Positions 45,941 through 55,139 of a stretch of DNA of 64,000 nucleotides are shown here, in pieces; the first letter of the stretch is position 1, and each line of letters starts with the position of its first letter. The notes beneath the pieces are model-generated. The model worked only from the letters and a program-made list of their open reading frames with translations. It had not been told where the DNA came from and searched no databases. Origin of the DNA: Alphaproteobacteria bacterium (GTDB taxonomy: Bacteria; Pseudomonadota; Alphaproteobacteria; GCA-2731375); contig CBDDPY010000002.1 of the NCBI GenBank assembly GCA_965232515.1, positions 2,112,001 to 2,176,000 of the forward strand. The letters run 5' to 3'. The translations under genes and the position numbers were made by a program.

Positions 45941-47275
45941 CTAGGCTCGCGTTTCCGAAATCGCCGCGTCGACCGCGCGGCCCAGTTTCTCGACGATCTC
46001 CTCGATCTGTTGCGGCTCGACGATGAACGGTGGCGCCAGCAGCACGTGATCGCCGTTCTGGCCGTCTACGGTGCCGCCACCGGGATAACAGATCAACCCG
46101 TCCGCCTGCGCCAGCTTCTTGATCCGGGCATTCAGCTTCAAGGACGGATCGAAGGGCTGCTTACCGGTCCGCTCGGCGACCAGCTCGATGGCCCGGAACA
46201 GACCGCGCCCCCGGATATCGCCGACATGCGGGTGGTTGCCGAAACGGTCGTGCAGCGCGTCGTCCAACAGCTCGCCCATGGCGTTGACGTTCTGCAGCAG
46301 GCCACGATCCTCAATCGCCCGCTGCACGGCAAGCCCGGCGGCGCAGGCCGTCGGGTGACCCATATAAGTGTGGCCGTGTTGAAAGAAGCCGGAGCCGTCG
46401 CGGACGGCATTGAAGACGCCGTCCGAGCACAACATGGCGCCGATTGGCTGATAGCCGGCGCCCAAACCCTTGGCGACAACGACGATATCGGGCACGACGC
46501 CGTCCTGCTCGCAGGCGAACAGCGTGCCGGTGCGACCCATGCCGCACATCACTTCGTCCAGAATCAGCAGGACGCCATAGCGGTCGCAGATCTCCCGGAT
46601 GCGCTTGAAGTAGCCCGGCACCGGCGGGACCGCGCCGGCCGTGGCGCCGACCACCGGCTCGGCGATGAAGCCGATGACGCTGTCCTCGCCGAGCTCCCGG
46701 ATCGTCGTTTCCAGTTCGTCGGCGACGCGCCGGCCGAAGGCCTCCTCGCTCTCGCCGTCCTCGGCGTGGCGATAGGCATAGCAGGGCGAAATGTGATGCG
46801 CCGGCATCAGGATCGGATCGAACTGCGTCCGGCGCCAGCGGTTGCCGCCAACCGACAGCGCACCCAACGTGTTGCCGTGATAGCTCTGCCAGCGGGCGAT
46901 GAAATGCTTGCGCTGCGGCTGGCCGATCTCAAGATAGTACTGTCGGGCCAGCTTGAGCGCGGCTTCCACCGCCTCGGAGCCGCCTGAAACGAAATAGACT
47001 TTCTCGATGCCATCCGGCGCCTTGGCGACCAAATACTCGGCCAGCTCCTCGGCAACATCGCTGGTGAAGAAGCCGGTATGGGCATAGGGCAACCGGTCGA
47101 CCTGGGCCTTGATGGCGGCGATGACATCGGGGTCGCTGTGGCCGAGGCAGGAGACCGCCGCGCCGCCCGAGGCGTCGAGATAGCGTTTGCCGTCCCGGTC
47201 GATGATGAAACAGCCATCCCCACCGGCCGCGACCAGCGGCTGCATCGCGGTATGGCGGTGGAAAATTGCACTCAT
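45941..47275 (-). CDS. Class III PLP-dependent aminotransferase
   Basis: [41 protein letters not shown] (PLP Lys), HGHTY. Confidence 0.93.
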   Translation of the reverse strand: MSAIFHRHTAMQPLVAAGGDGCFIIDRDGKRYLDASGGAAVSCLGHSDPDVIAAIKAQVDRLPYAHTGFFTSDVAEELAEYLVAKAPDGIEKVYFVSGGSEAVEAALKLARQYYLEIGQPQRKHFIARWQSYHGNTLGALSVGGNRWRRTQFDPILMPAHHISPCYAYRHAEDGESEEAFGRRVADELETTIRELGEDSVIGFIAEPVVGATAGAVPPVPGYFKRIREICDRYGVLLILDEVMCGMGRTGTLFACEQDGVVPDIVVVAKGLGAGYQPIGAMLCSDGVFNAVRDGSGFFQHGHTYMGHPTACAAGLAVQRAIEDRGLLQNVNAMGELLDDALHDRFGNHPHVGDIRGRGLFRAIELVAERTGKQPFDPSLKLNARIKKLAQADGLICYPGGGTVDGQNGDHVLLAPPFIVEPQQIEEIVEKLGRAVDAAISETRA

Positions 47276-48177
47276 GAACCACCTCCGGTGGACGACTCGG
47301 GCCAGTAGGCGCCGAACCGCACCAATTGCTCCTCCGACTGCGCCAGGACATCAAGTTGGGCCCGCCGACCGTCGGCGAGCAGAAAGGCGACCAGCGCCTC
47401 GGCCAACGCCTGCGCGCCGGCAAGCGAGCGGAAGAAGCTCGGACCGCCGTTCGCCGCGACGAAGCCGAAGCGGGCCGGCGCCGCGATGGGCGACACCGGG
47501 CTGTCGGAAATCGAGACGATCTCGGCCCCGACTTCGGCGGCATGCTGCACGGCCTGAACCGTCTCTCGCGTATAGGGGTCGTAGCTGATCGCGATCATGG
47601 CGTCGCGCCGATCGAGATCGCGCAACTCGTCGGCCAGCGTGCCGGCGACCCCCGTCAGCAGCGCCACTTCCTGACGAAACATGCGAAAAGAGTAGTGCAG
47701 ATACCAGGCAACCGGAAAGCACTTCCGCATGCCGGCGACATATATGCGCCGCGCCGCGGCCAGGGCATCGGCGGCGGCCTGTAACTCGTCTGCCGACGTC
47801 GCGGTAAAGGTCTGCGTGACGTTTTGGCCGCCGGCCTCGAGCAAGTCTTGAAACAGACCTTCGCGGGCCCGTGACGCCCGGCGTGTCTTGAGCTGATGCG
47901 CCCGCGCCGTCAGGCTGGCCGGACGCGCACGCAAGCGGGCGCGGAACGGCTCGCGGAACTTGGCATATCCGGGAAAGTCGAGCTGCTTGGCCAAACGCAC
48001 CATGGTCGACGGATGCACCCCTGCCCTGGCGGCAACGTCGCGCATGGAGCTCAACGCGACATCGTCCGGCGCGTCCAGCACATACCTCGCCGCAAGCTTC
48101 AACTTCGGACTGAGCATTGGGTAATACGCTTCCAAGCGTTCCGTCAGATCCTGTGTTTGCAACATGCCTTCGCCCAC
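47272..48177 (-). CDS. MurR/RpiR family transcriptional regulator
   Basis: AGVHPSTMVRLAKQLDFPGY HTH plus SIS domain. Confidence 0.92.
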   Translation of the reverse strand: MGEGMLQTQDLTERLEAYYPMLSPKLKLAARYVLDAPDDVALSSMRDVAARAGVHPSTMVRLAKQLDFPGYAKFREPFRARLRARPASLTARAHQLKTRRASRAREGLFQDLLEAGGQNVTQTFTATSADELQAAADALAAARRIYVAGMRKCFPVAWYLHYSFRMFRQEVALLTGVAGTLADELRDLDRRDAMIAISYDPYTRETVQAVQHAAEVGAEIVSISDSPVSPIAAPARFGFVAANGGPSFFRSLAGAQALAEALVAFLLADGRRAQLDVLAQSEEQLVRFGAYWPESSTGGGS

Positions 48178-48379
48178 TCCCGAAGACTCCCCAGAATAGG
48201 CTAATCAGCGTTTGGCGGTGTCCGCAACAAATGAATCAAATATGCTTCACAAAAATCATATGATTCATTGCGAACCGTTCGCTGTTTGCTTGCATCGATC
48301 CGTCGCGAGACGATAAGTTTTGCCGAAGAGTCGCGCCAGTTCGCCTAGTGGCGCGGCCGAATGCGCTATTCGCGGGAAC

Positions 48380-49636
48380 ATGGGCGACGGGTTCGTCGTA
48401 ATGGACACGTCAAACCAGGTCCTTGAGTTCTTCGAATTCGTCGAGAGTCAGCCGCGGCAATCCGTGCGGCAGCTACTCGACAAGATTCTGCTCAAGAGCC
48501 GTCTGTTGACAGGTGCCGAGGCGGGCACCGTCTTTGTCATGCGCAAAAAGGGCGCGCAACGCTGGCTGGAACCGGCGAGCGTACAAAACGACCGCGTCGC
48601 GGTCCGCTCCCGGGATTTCGTGGTGCCGGTGACGAACGCCAGCATCGCCGGCTACGTCGCCGGCTCGGGCGACATCGTCCGGGTGGCCAACGTCTACCGG
48701 CTGCCGTCGTCGGCGCGCTATGCCTTCAATCCCGACTTCGAGCTGAGGGGCTATCGCACGGTGTCGGTGATGTGCTTCCCGATCAAGAACTATCAGGAAG
48801 ACGTCATTGGCGTTGTGCAGCTGATCAACCGCCAAGGCGATGGCGCGAATCAGCCGATCGCCTTCGAGGCCGGCCAGGCCCGGCTGGTGACGCTGGTGGC
48901 CCGGGCGCTGGCGACACATATCGAGCGCGCCCAGCTGCTGGAAAACATCCGCGACAAGAACGCCAAGCTGCGGCTGCGCAATCAGCAGCTGGCCGAGCAG
49001 CGGTCCCAGGTCGTTTCGTTGCAGGCCGAGACCGAAGACGCCTTCATGCTGTCGATCAGTCTGCTGGCCCGGGCGGCCGAGATCCACGACGAAGAGACCG
49101 CCAATCACATCGTCCGGGTCAACGAATACAGCTTCTATCTGGCCGACAAGCTCGGCATGCCAAAGGCGTTCTGCGACGAGATTCGTTATTCGGCGCAGCT
49201 GCACGACGTCGGCAAGATGAGTGTGAACTCGGCCGTGCTGAAAAAACGCGGCCGGCTAAATGTCGACGAGCGGGCGGAGATGGACCTGCATCCGCTTTAC
49301 GGTTTCCAGATCCTCGAGCCCTCGCCGCGACTGAAGCTCGCGGCCGAAATCGCGCTGCACCATCACGAGAAGTGGGACGGCTCCGGCTATCCGGCCGGCG
49401 TCAGCGGCGAAGACATACCGATCTCGGCGCGCATCGTGTCGCTGGCCGACGTCTACGACGCCCTGCGCTCGAAGCGTCCGTACAAACCCGCCTACAGCCA
49501 CGAGAAAACCTGTAAGATCATGATGAAAGGCGACGATCGGATCGATCCGATCGCCCATTTCGACCCCAATCTGCTGCGGCTCTTCGGCGAACACCATGCC
49601 GGCATGCGAGACATCTACAAACGGCTCGCGGACTAG
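48380..49636 (+). CDS. GAF + HD-GYP phosphodiesterase
   Basis: GAF (SIAGYVA, IGVVQLIN), LHDVGK, HHEKWDGSGYP, ADVYDALRSKRPYK; start 48380 or 48401. Confidence 0.92.
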   Translation: MGDGFVVMDTSNQVLEFFEFVESQPRQSVRQLLDKILLKSRLLTGAEAGTVFVMRKKGAQRWLEPASVQNDRVAVRSRDFVVPVTNASIAGYVAGSGDIVRVANVYRLPSSARYAFNPDFELRGYRTVSVMCFPIKNYQEDVIGVVQLINRQGDGANQPIAFEAGQARLVTLVARALATHIERAQLLENIRDKNAKLRLRNQQLAEQRSQVVSLQAETEDAFMLSISLLARAAEIHDEETANHIVRVNEYSFYLADKLGMPKAFCDEIRYSAQLHDVGKMSVNSAVLKKRGRLNVDERAEMDLHPLYGFQILEPSPRLKLAAEIALHHHEKWDGSGYPAGVSGEDIPISARIVSLADVYDALRSKRPYKPAYSHEKTCKIMMKGDDRIDPIAHFDPNLLRLFGEHHAGMRDIYKRLAD

Positions 49637-49687
49637 GCTGCGCGTGGCTGGATATCAATCGAAAATGCGCTCCGGCTCCGCGGGCGC

Positions 49688-51967
49688 GTGGGCGGCGCAA
49701 TGATCTCGCTGCGACGATTGCGGCGCTATGTCGTTTACCTGCTGCCGCTCATCGTGTTGACGACGGGCGTCGTGCTGTATCGCGAACAGCCGCAATTCCT
49801 GCAGATCTTTCAACTCAAGCTGTTCGACCTCTACCAACAGATCCAGCCGCGCGAATATGAACCGGCGCCGGTCAAGGTCATCGACATGGACGACGCCAGC
49901 CTGGCCCGGATCGGCCAGTGGCCCTGGCCGCGAAACAAGCTGGCCGACATGCTGATCGTGCTGTTCGAGGCCGGCGCGGCGGTCGTCGCGTTCGATGCCG
50001 TGTTCGCCGAACCGGACCGGACCTCGCCTGACGAGATCCTGCCGGTATGGTTGAACGTCCCTTCCCTGGACGCCGGCCAGTTGCCGCCGGAATGGCAGGA
50101 ATTCTCGCAAGCCATCCTGCAATCGGTGCCCGACCATGACGAGCTGTTCGCCGAGGTGATCGCGCAGACGAATGTCGTACTCGGCGTGCCGTTCACGGAC
50201 GACAGCGGCGGACGACCACCGACCGTGAAGGCGGGATTTGCCACGGCCGGCGACGACGATCCGCTGGAATTCGTGCCGAGCTTTGAAAGCGTCACGCCAA
50301 ATCTACCGCAGCTCGAGGCGGACGCGGCGGGCATCGGCAGCTTTACCTTCACCCCGGACGCGGACAGCATCGTTCGTCATGTCCCGTTGATCATGCGTGT
50401 CGGCGACAATCTGGTTCCGTCACTCGCCGCCGAGGCGCTTCGTGTGGCGCAGGGCGCCCGGAGCTATGTGATCAAGACCGGCGGCGCCAATATGGAGACG
50501 AACTACGGTGAAGCCAGCGGCCTGAACCACGTCAAGATCGGCCACGCCGATGCCGTGCCCGTCGACGAGGCCGGTAAGATGTGGGTGCACTACACCCGCG
50601 ATGTTCCCGGGCGCGTGATTCCGGCCTGGAAAATCTTTGAAGCGGACTTCGATCCCAGTCTGGTCGAGGGCCAGATCCTGTTCTTCGGCACCAGCGCCGC
50701 CGGCCTGAAGGATCTGCGCACGACGCCGCTGAATCCGGCCGAAGCCGGCGTCATGGTCCACGCACAGGTCGCCGAACAGATGATCCTCGGCCATTTCCTG
50801 GAGCGGCCGGACTGGGCATTCGGCGTCGAATTCACGTTTATCCTGGCCTTGGGATTGATACTGATCGTGGTAACGCCGCGGGTCGGCGCGTTGGCCGCGG
50901 CGGCGATCGGCGCCGGCGCCGTGGCGTTCGCCATGGGCGTGTCGTGGTATCTCTACACCGACCAACGGCTGTTGCTGGACCCGCTCTATCCGGCGATCGT
51001 CACGGTCGCCGTCTACATCGGCAGCTCGCTGCTGAGCTATTTGCAGACCGAGGCGGAAAAGCGTCAGGTGCGCGGCGCCTTCAGCCAGTATCTCTCGCCG
51101 GCACTGGTGGAACAGCTGGCCCGGGAACCGGATCTGTTGAAGCTGGGCGGCGAGCTACGGGAAATGACGTTCCTGTTCTGCGACGTCCGCGGCTTCACCA
51201 CGATCTCGGAAGGATTCAAGGGCGATCCGCAGGGCCTGACCAAGCTGATCAACCGTTTCCTGACACCGATGACGGACGCCATCCTGGCCCGCGGCGGCAC
51301 CATCGACAAATACATGGGCGACTGCATCATGGCGTTCTGGAACGCCCCGCTGGACGATAAGCAACATGCCGATCATGCCTGTGACGCGGCGCTCGCCATG
51401 TTCGAGGAACTGGGCAAACTCAACGCGGAGTTGGTCGCCGAAGCCGAGGCCGAAGGACGCGCGTCGGCGCCGCTGAATATCGGCATCGGCCTGAACACGG
51501 GCGACTGCGTGGTCGGCAACATGGGCTCGCAACAGCGCTTCGACTATTCGGTCCTGGGCGACGCCGTCAACCTCGCCTCGCGCCTGGAGGGCCAATCGAA
51601 AAACTACGGCGTCGGCGTCGTCATCGGCGACGACACGCGCCAGCGCGCGAACGGCTTCGCCACCATCGAGCTCGACCTGATAGCCGTGAAAGGCAAACAG
51701 GAGGCGGCGAAGATCCACGCGCTGCTGGGCGACGAGAAGATGACGCACGACGCTCGGTTCACCGAGTTGAGCGACAAGCATGCGCGTATGCTGTCGGCCT
51801 ATCGCGATCAACACTGGGACGAAGCCGAAACGCTGCTCGGCGAATGCCGTGCGCTCGACGGCGCCTTGGAGGTGCTGTACGACCTCTATGAAGAACGCAT
51901 CGAGTATTACCAGGAGAACCCGCCCGGCCCCGACTGGGACGGGGTCTTCGTGGCCACCAGCAAATAG
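49688..51967 (+). CDS. CHASE2 domain adenylate/guanylate cyclase (class III)
   Basis: GQWPWPR, FAEPDR, three TMs, FCDVRGFT, DKYMGD, GDAVNLASRLEG. Confidence 0.95.
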   Translation: MGGAMISLRRLRRYVVYLLPLIVLTTGVVLYREQPQFLQIFQLKLFDLYQQIQPREYEPAPVKVIDMDDASLARIGQWPWPRNKLADMLIVLFEAGAAVVAFDAVFAEPDRTSPDEILPVWLNVPSLDAGQLPPEWQEFSQAILQSVPDHDELFAEVIAQTNVVLGVPFTDDSGGRPPTVKAGFATAGDDDPLEFVPSFESVTPNLPQLEADAAGIGSFTFTPDADSIVRHVPLIMRVGDNLVPSLAAEALRVAQGARSYVIKTGGANMETNYGEASGLNHVKIGHADAVPVDEAGKMWVHYTRDVPGRVIPAWKIFEADFDPSLVEGQILFFGTSAAGLKDLRTTPLNPAEAGVMVHAQVAEQMILGHFLERPDWAFGVEFTFILALGLILIVVTPRVGALAAAAIGAGAVAFAMGVSWYLYTDQRLLLDPLYPAIVTVAVYIGSSLLSYLQTEAEKRQVRGAFSQYLSPALVEQLAREPDLLKLGGELREMTFLFCDVRGFTTISEGFKGDPQGLTKLINRFLTPMTDAILARGGTIDKYMGDCIMAFWNAPLDDKQHADHACDAALAMFEELGKLNAELVAEAEAEGRASAPLNIGIGLNTGDCVVGNMGSQQRFDYSVLGDAVNLASRLEGQSKNYGVGVVIGDDTRQRANGFATIELDLIAVKGKQEAAKIHALLGDEKMTHDARFTELSDKHARMLSAYRDQHWDEAETLLGECRALDGALEVLYDLYEERIEYYQENPPGPDWDGVFVATSK

Positions 51968-52103
51968 CGCGCGCCGCGCGGCAAGCTGCCGACGACGACA
52001 ATTGACACGCCGGTCGCGAATTCGTGGCTGGGACACGAACCGACATTCGGATAGCCTTGTCGGGAACCAACGACATGCCGTTGGCGGCACGGAGAGACGT
52101 TCG

Positions 52104-53120
52104 ATGCGCGTTCAACGCCTGATAAGCCCGGTTGCCAGCGTTGCTTTCGCGCTGCTGTTCAACCTGGTCGCTGCGGTCGCACCGGCAATGGCCGACACCG
52201 CGCCTTTCGATCTCAACGACACCGTCAAGGCTGTCGTCAAGGTGACCGCCGAGGTTCCGGCGGACGCCCGCACAGCCGCGTTCCTCGGCACGGAACGCGA
52301 AGGCAACGGCGTCGTCATCGACGACGATGGGCTGGTGCTGACCATCGGCTACCTGATCCTTGAGGCGATGTCGGCGAACGTCGCCAATGCCGCCGGCGAG
52401 ATGGTGCCGGCGGAAATCATCGCCTACGACTATGACACCGGATTCGGCCTGCTGCGCGCGCTGGACCCGCTCGATATCGAACCGCTCCGGCTGGGCAGCG
52501 CCGGTGAGCTCAAGGAACGCGATCCGGTCCTGGTGGTCGGCAACGGGGGCCAGGAGGCGACGATCGGCGCCTTCGTCGTCTCCCGCCGTGAATTTGCCGG
52601 ATACTGGGAGTATTTGCTGGACAGCGCGATCTTCACCTCGCCACCGCACCCGAATTGGGGTGGCGCGGCGCTGATCGGCCCAAACGGACGTCTGCTGGGT
52701 GTCGGCTCGCTTCTGGTGCGGGACGCGATGCCGCCGCCGGATCTGATTCCCGGCAACATGTTCGTGCCGATCGACCTGCTCAAGCCGATCCTCGGCGAAC
52801 TCCTGGAGCTCGGGCGGAGCGCCGGCAAGCCGCGGCCTTGGCTCGGCATGTTCTCGGCCGAATCGCTCGGCCGCGTCGTGGTGACGAGCGTCGCGCGCGA
52901 CGGACCGGCGGACAGCGCCGGAATCGAATCGGGCGACGTCGTGGTCAGCGTGTCAGGCGAGAATATCGAGGATATGGGCCGGCTCTACCGCAAGATCTGG
53001 TCGCTGGGCGAGGCGGGTGTGGACGTGCCGATCACCGTCCTGCGCGGCAGTCAGGCGCTGGACATCGTTGTCCGTTCGGGCGACCGCTACGACTATCTAA
53101 AGCTACGGCAGACCTACTGA
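52104..53120 (+). CDS. Trypsin-like (S1C) protease homolog with PDZ domain; catalytic triad degenerate
   Basis: GNGVVI, LTIGYLI, PNWGGAALI, RPWLG, GPADSAGIESGD. Confidence 0.85.
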   Translation: MRVQRLISPVASVAFALLFNLVAAVAPAMADTAPFDLNDTVKAVVKVTAEVPADARTAAFLGTEREGNGVVIDDDGLVLTIGYLILEAMSANVANAAGEMVPAEIIAYDYDTGFGLLRALDPLDIEPLRLGSAGELKERDPVLVVGNGGQEATIGAFVVSRREFAGYWEYLLDSAIFTSPPHPNWGGAALIGPNGRLLGVGSLLVRDAMPPPDLIPGNMFVPIDLLKPILGELLELGRSAGKPRPWLGMFSAESLGRVVVTSVARDGPADSAGIESGDVVVSVSGENIEDMGRLYRKIWSLGEAGVDVPITVLRGSQALDIVVRSGDRYDYLKLRQTY

Positions 53121-53268
53121 CCAATCCGCGCGCCGCGTCGGGACGCGTTAGGATCGAGCCCGAATCAGGCTGAGCATCCACATACGCCACGGGTAGTGTG
53201 TCAAACGCCGTCAACCACAAAATTTAGTTGCGGGTGTCCACGCGGCCTGCTAGATGATGCAAATAGTT

Positions 53269-54135
53269 GGGGCGTCGGGGCGCTGAAGCCGAAGCTCTAG
53301 CGTCGTGTCCCGCTAAGGACACCCCCGACACCCCAGGAGCCGGTCTCGCTCCCCACACCCGCCAGCAGCGGGCTCAGCTTACGGTCGCTTCGTGCCGTCG
53401 ACGTTCCGGGTCGTCGACCGCGCGTTGCGAGCGTTGTTTTCCGTTCGGGTTCCGGAAGCTGCCGGCAACAACTCCTCGCGAAGTTCCCGCCGGTCTCCGG
53501 CCCGCCGCGCCCGAGGGCGCGGCGTTTCGGAGAGTTCCGCTCCCGATCGACCGCCGACCGAACAGCCATCCGCCACGCCCGAGGGCATCGCAGTCGACCG
53601 TGTCCGCCGACAATCGGCTGGTCCGGATCGCGTCGCCCCTGGCGCAAACGATGTCCGAAGACTTCGTTCGACACCCTGGCCGCACGATCGGAGCGGGGTT
53701 GGATCTGCCCGACCGTTCGACGTCGCGACCCGAAGGCCACACCGTCTCGCAATCGGACGGACGTGATATCGCCCCGGAGGGTAACACCACCGCCTCGCCC
53801 CTGGCCGGCAAACACGAGGCCTGCCAGCCGGACGAAGCCCCTTCCCCAGCCGAGGCCGCTGGATCCGGTCGTACGCCCGAAGGCGTCGCGATCTGATCGT
53901 CGCTGCCCCGCCAGCGGACGGATGGGCCATGTGCCAGACCGTCCGACCGGCCCGAAGGCCAACCTTCCGATCCGACGACCGCTCCGTCCACGGAGAACGT
54001 GCCGTCCCGCATCGAAGAACTGTCAAACCCGAAGGTTCTTGGCTCTCCGACCGAAGCCTGATCGTGGGGGCGTCATGGTCGACCCCGAAGGGTTTTCCGC
54101 TTCGCCTTCTCGACCGATGCTTCGGCGCTAACGCG
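53269..54135 (-). ncRNA. Candidate large structured non-coding RNA (unassigned family)
   Basis: Eight CCGAAG (= cUUCGg on minus) hairpin loops plus related loops, multiple long stems, no credible ORF. Confidence 0.55.
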
Positions 54136-54201
54136 TGCAGTTAGAGTATTGATGGGTGGCAGAAAGAAAACAACAAGAAAAATTGACAAAACCTAAAAAA
54201 T

Positions 54202-54263
54202 CTGTGAATAGTTGGAATAGAAAAACACAATCTATTCACAGTTTATCCACTAAAAAATCCACA
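54202..54263. promoter_or_regulatory. Cluster of DnaA-box-like 9-mers in an AT-rich tract
   Basis: TGTGAATAG 54203, CTATTCACA 54232, TTATCCACT 54243, AAATCCACA 54255 (consensus TTATNCACA). Confidence 0.55.
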
Positions 54264-54489
54264 TACGATGACTTCCGGTCTTTTTTTGAATTCATGAAGC
54301 ATCTATATAGTAGCGGCGACCGCCAAACAAACCGGATTTCCTCGGATCGATGCACGACAAATCGGTTCGACATGCCGCAATCCGGCGCTAAATGGTAGCT
54401 TGCGCCGCGCAAACGTGATTGTTAGACCAACCGATGCCGCGCATTGCCCGGTTCGCAACGCGAATCGTCCTATCTGCCGGGAGTCCCGC

Positions 54490-55110
54490 ATGCTATCCCG
54501 CCGCACATTTTTCCTCAGTCCTCTCGCTGTCGGATTGCTGCCGGCGACGGCCAAGGCGGAGGCTTCCGCCGAAGCCGTGAACGGCGCCAGCCAGTTCATA
54601 CAATGGCTTGCCGACCAGGCCATTGCGGTGCTGGGCGCAAGCAACTCGACACTGGAGACGCGGGAGGCGGAGTTCCGCCGGTTGCTGGGACAGGGATTTG
54701 CCCTGCCGTTCATCAGCCGGTTCGTTTTGGGCCGCTACTGGCGGACCACGACCCCAGAGCAGCGAGAGGACTATCAGGAGCTGTTCGCCGAGTACATCCT
54801 GCGAACCTATTCGAACCGCCTTGGCGGCTATGCCGGGGAGACCTTCAAGGTCACCGGGGCCCGCCCCGCCGGCAAACAGGACATTCTGGTCGCCACGCGG
54901 ATCGATCGTCCCAGCGGTCCGCCGATCAAGGCGGACTGGCGCGTTCGCATCTTCGACAACGAATACAAGATCATCGATATCATGGTCGAAGGCGTCAGCA
55001 TGGCCGTGACCCAACGGTCGGAATTCACCAATGTTGTCCGCAGCCAGGGTATCGACGGCCTGCTGCAGGCCCTGCGCGCGCGCACCGAGCGGATGCCGGC
55101 GACATCGTGA
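54490..55110 (+). CDS. mlaC: MlaC/Ttg2D family phospholipid-binding protein
   Basis: SRR-type signal, FVLGRYWR, DWRV, KIIDIMVEGVSM..TQRSEF. Confidence 0.9.
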   Translation: MLSRRTFFLSPLAVGLLPATAKAEASAEAVNGASQFIQWLADQAIAVLGASNSTLETREAEFRRLLGQGFALPFISRFVLGRYWRTTTPEQREDYQELFAEYILRTYSNRLGGYAGETFKVTGARPAGKQDILVATRIDRPSGPPIKADWRVRIFDNEYKIIDIMVEGVSMAVTQRSEFTNVVRSQGIDGLLQALRARTERMPATS

Positions 55111-55139
55111 CCATCGAGCGACAAAGGAATCGTACCGCC

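Noticed and set aside
53269-54135. rRNA fragment, RNase P, tmRNA or group I/II intron identity for the structured region
   Set aside because: I found no hallmark motif (no GAGGAAAGUCC, no tRNA-like CCA end or tag frame, no domain V, no rRNA universal sequences); a covariance-model search is still needed
53267-54144. Overlapping 120-220 aa ORFs on both strands in the structured region
   Set aside because: Pro/Arg/Ser/Ala-rich, no recognisable motif, RBS or host codon bias; expected by-products of GC-rich hairpin sequence
54202-54263. Chromosomal oriC
   Set aside because: Only about four imperfect boxes and none of the usual origin-flanking genes; kept only as a DnaA-box-like cluster
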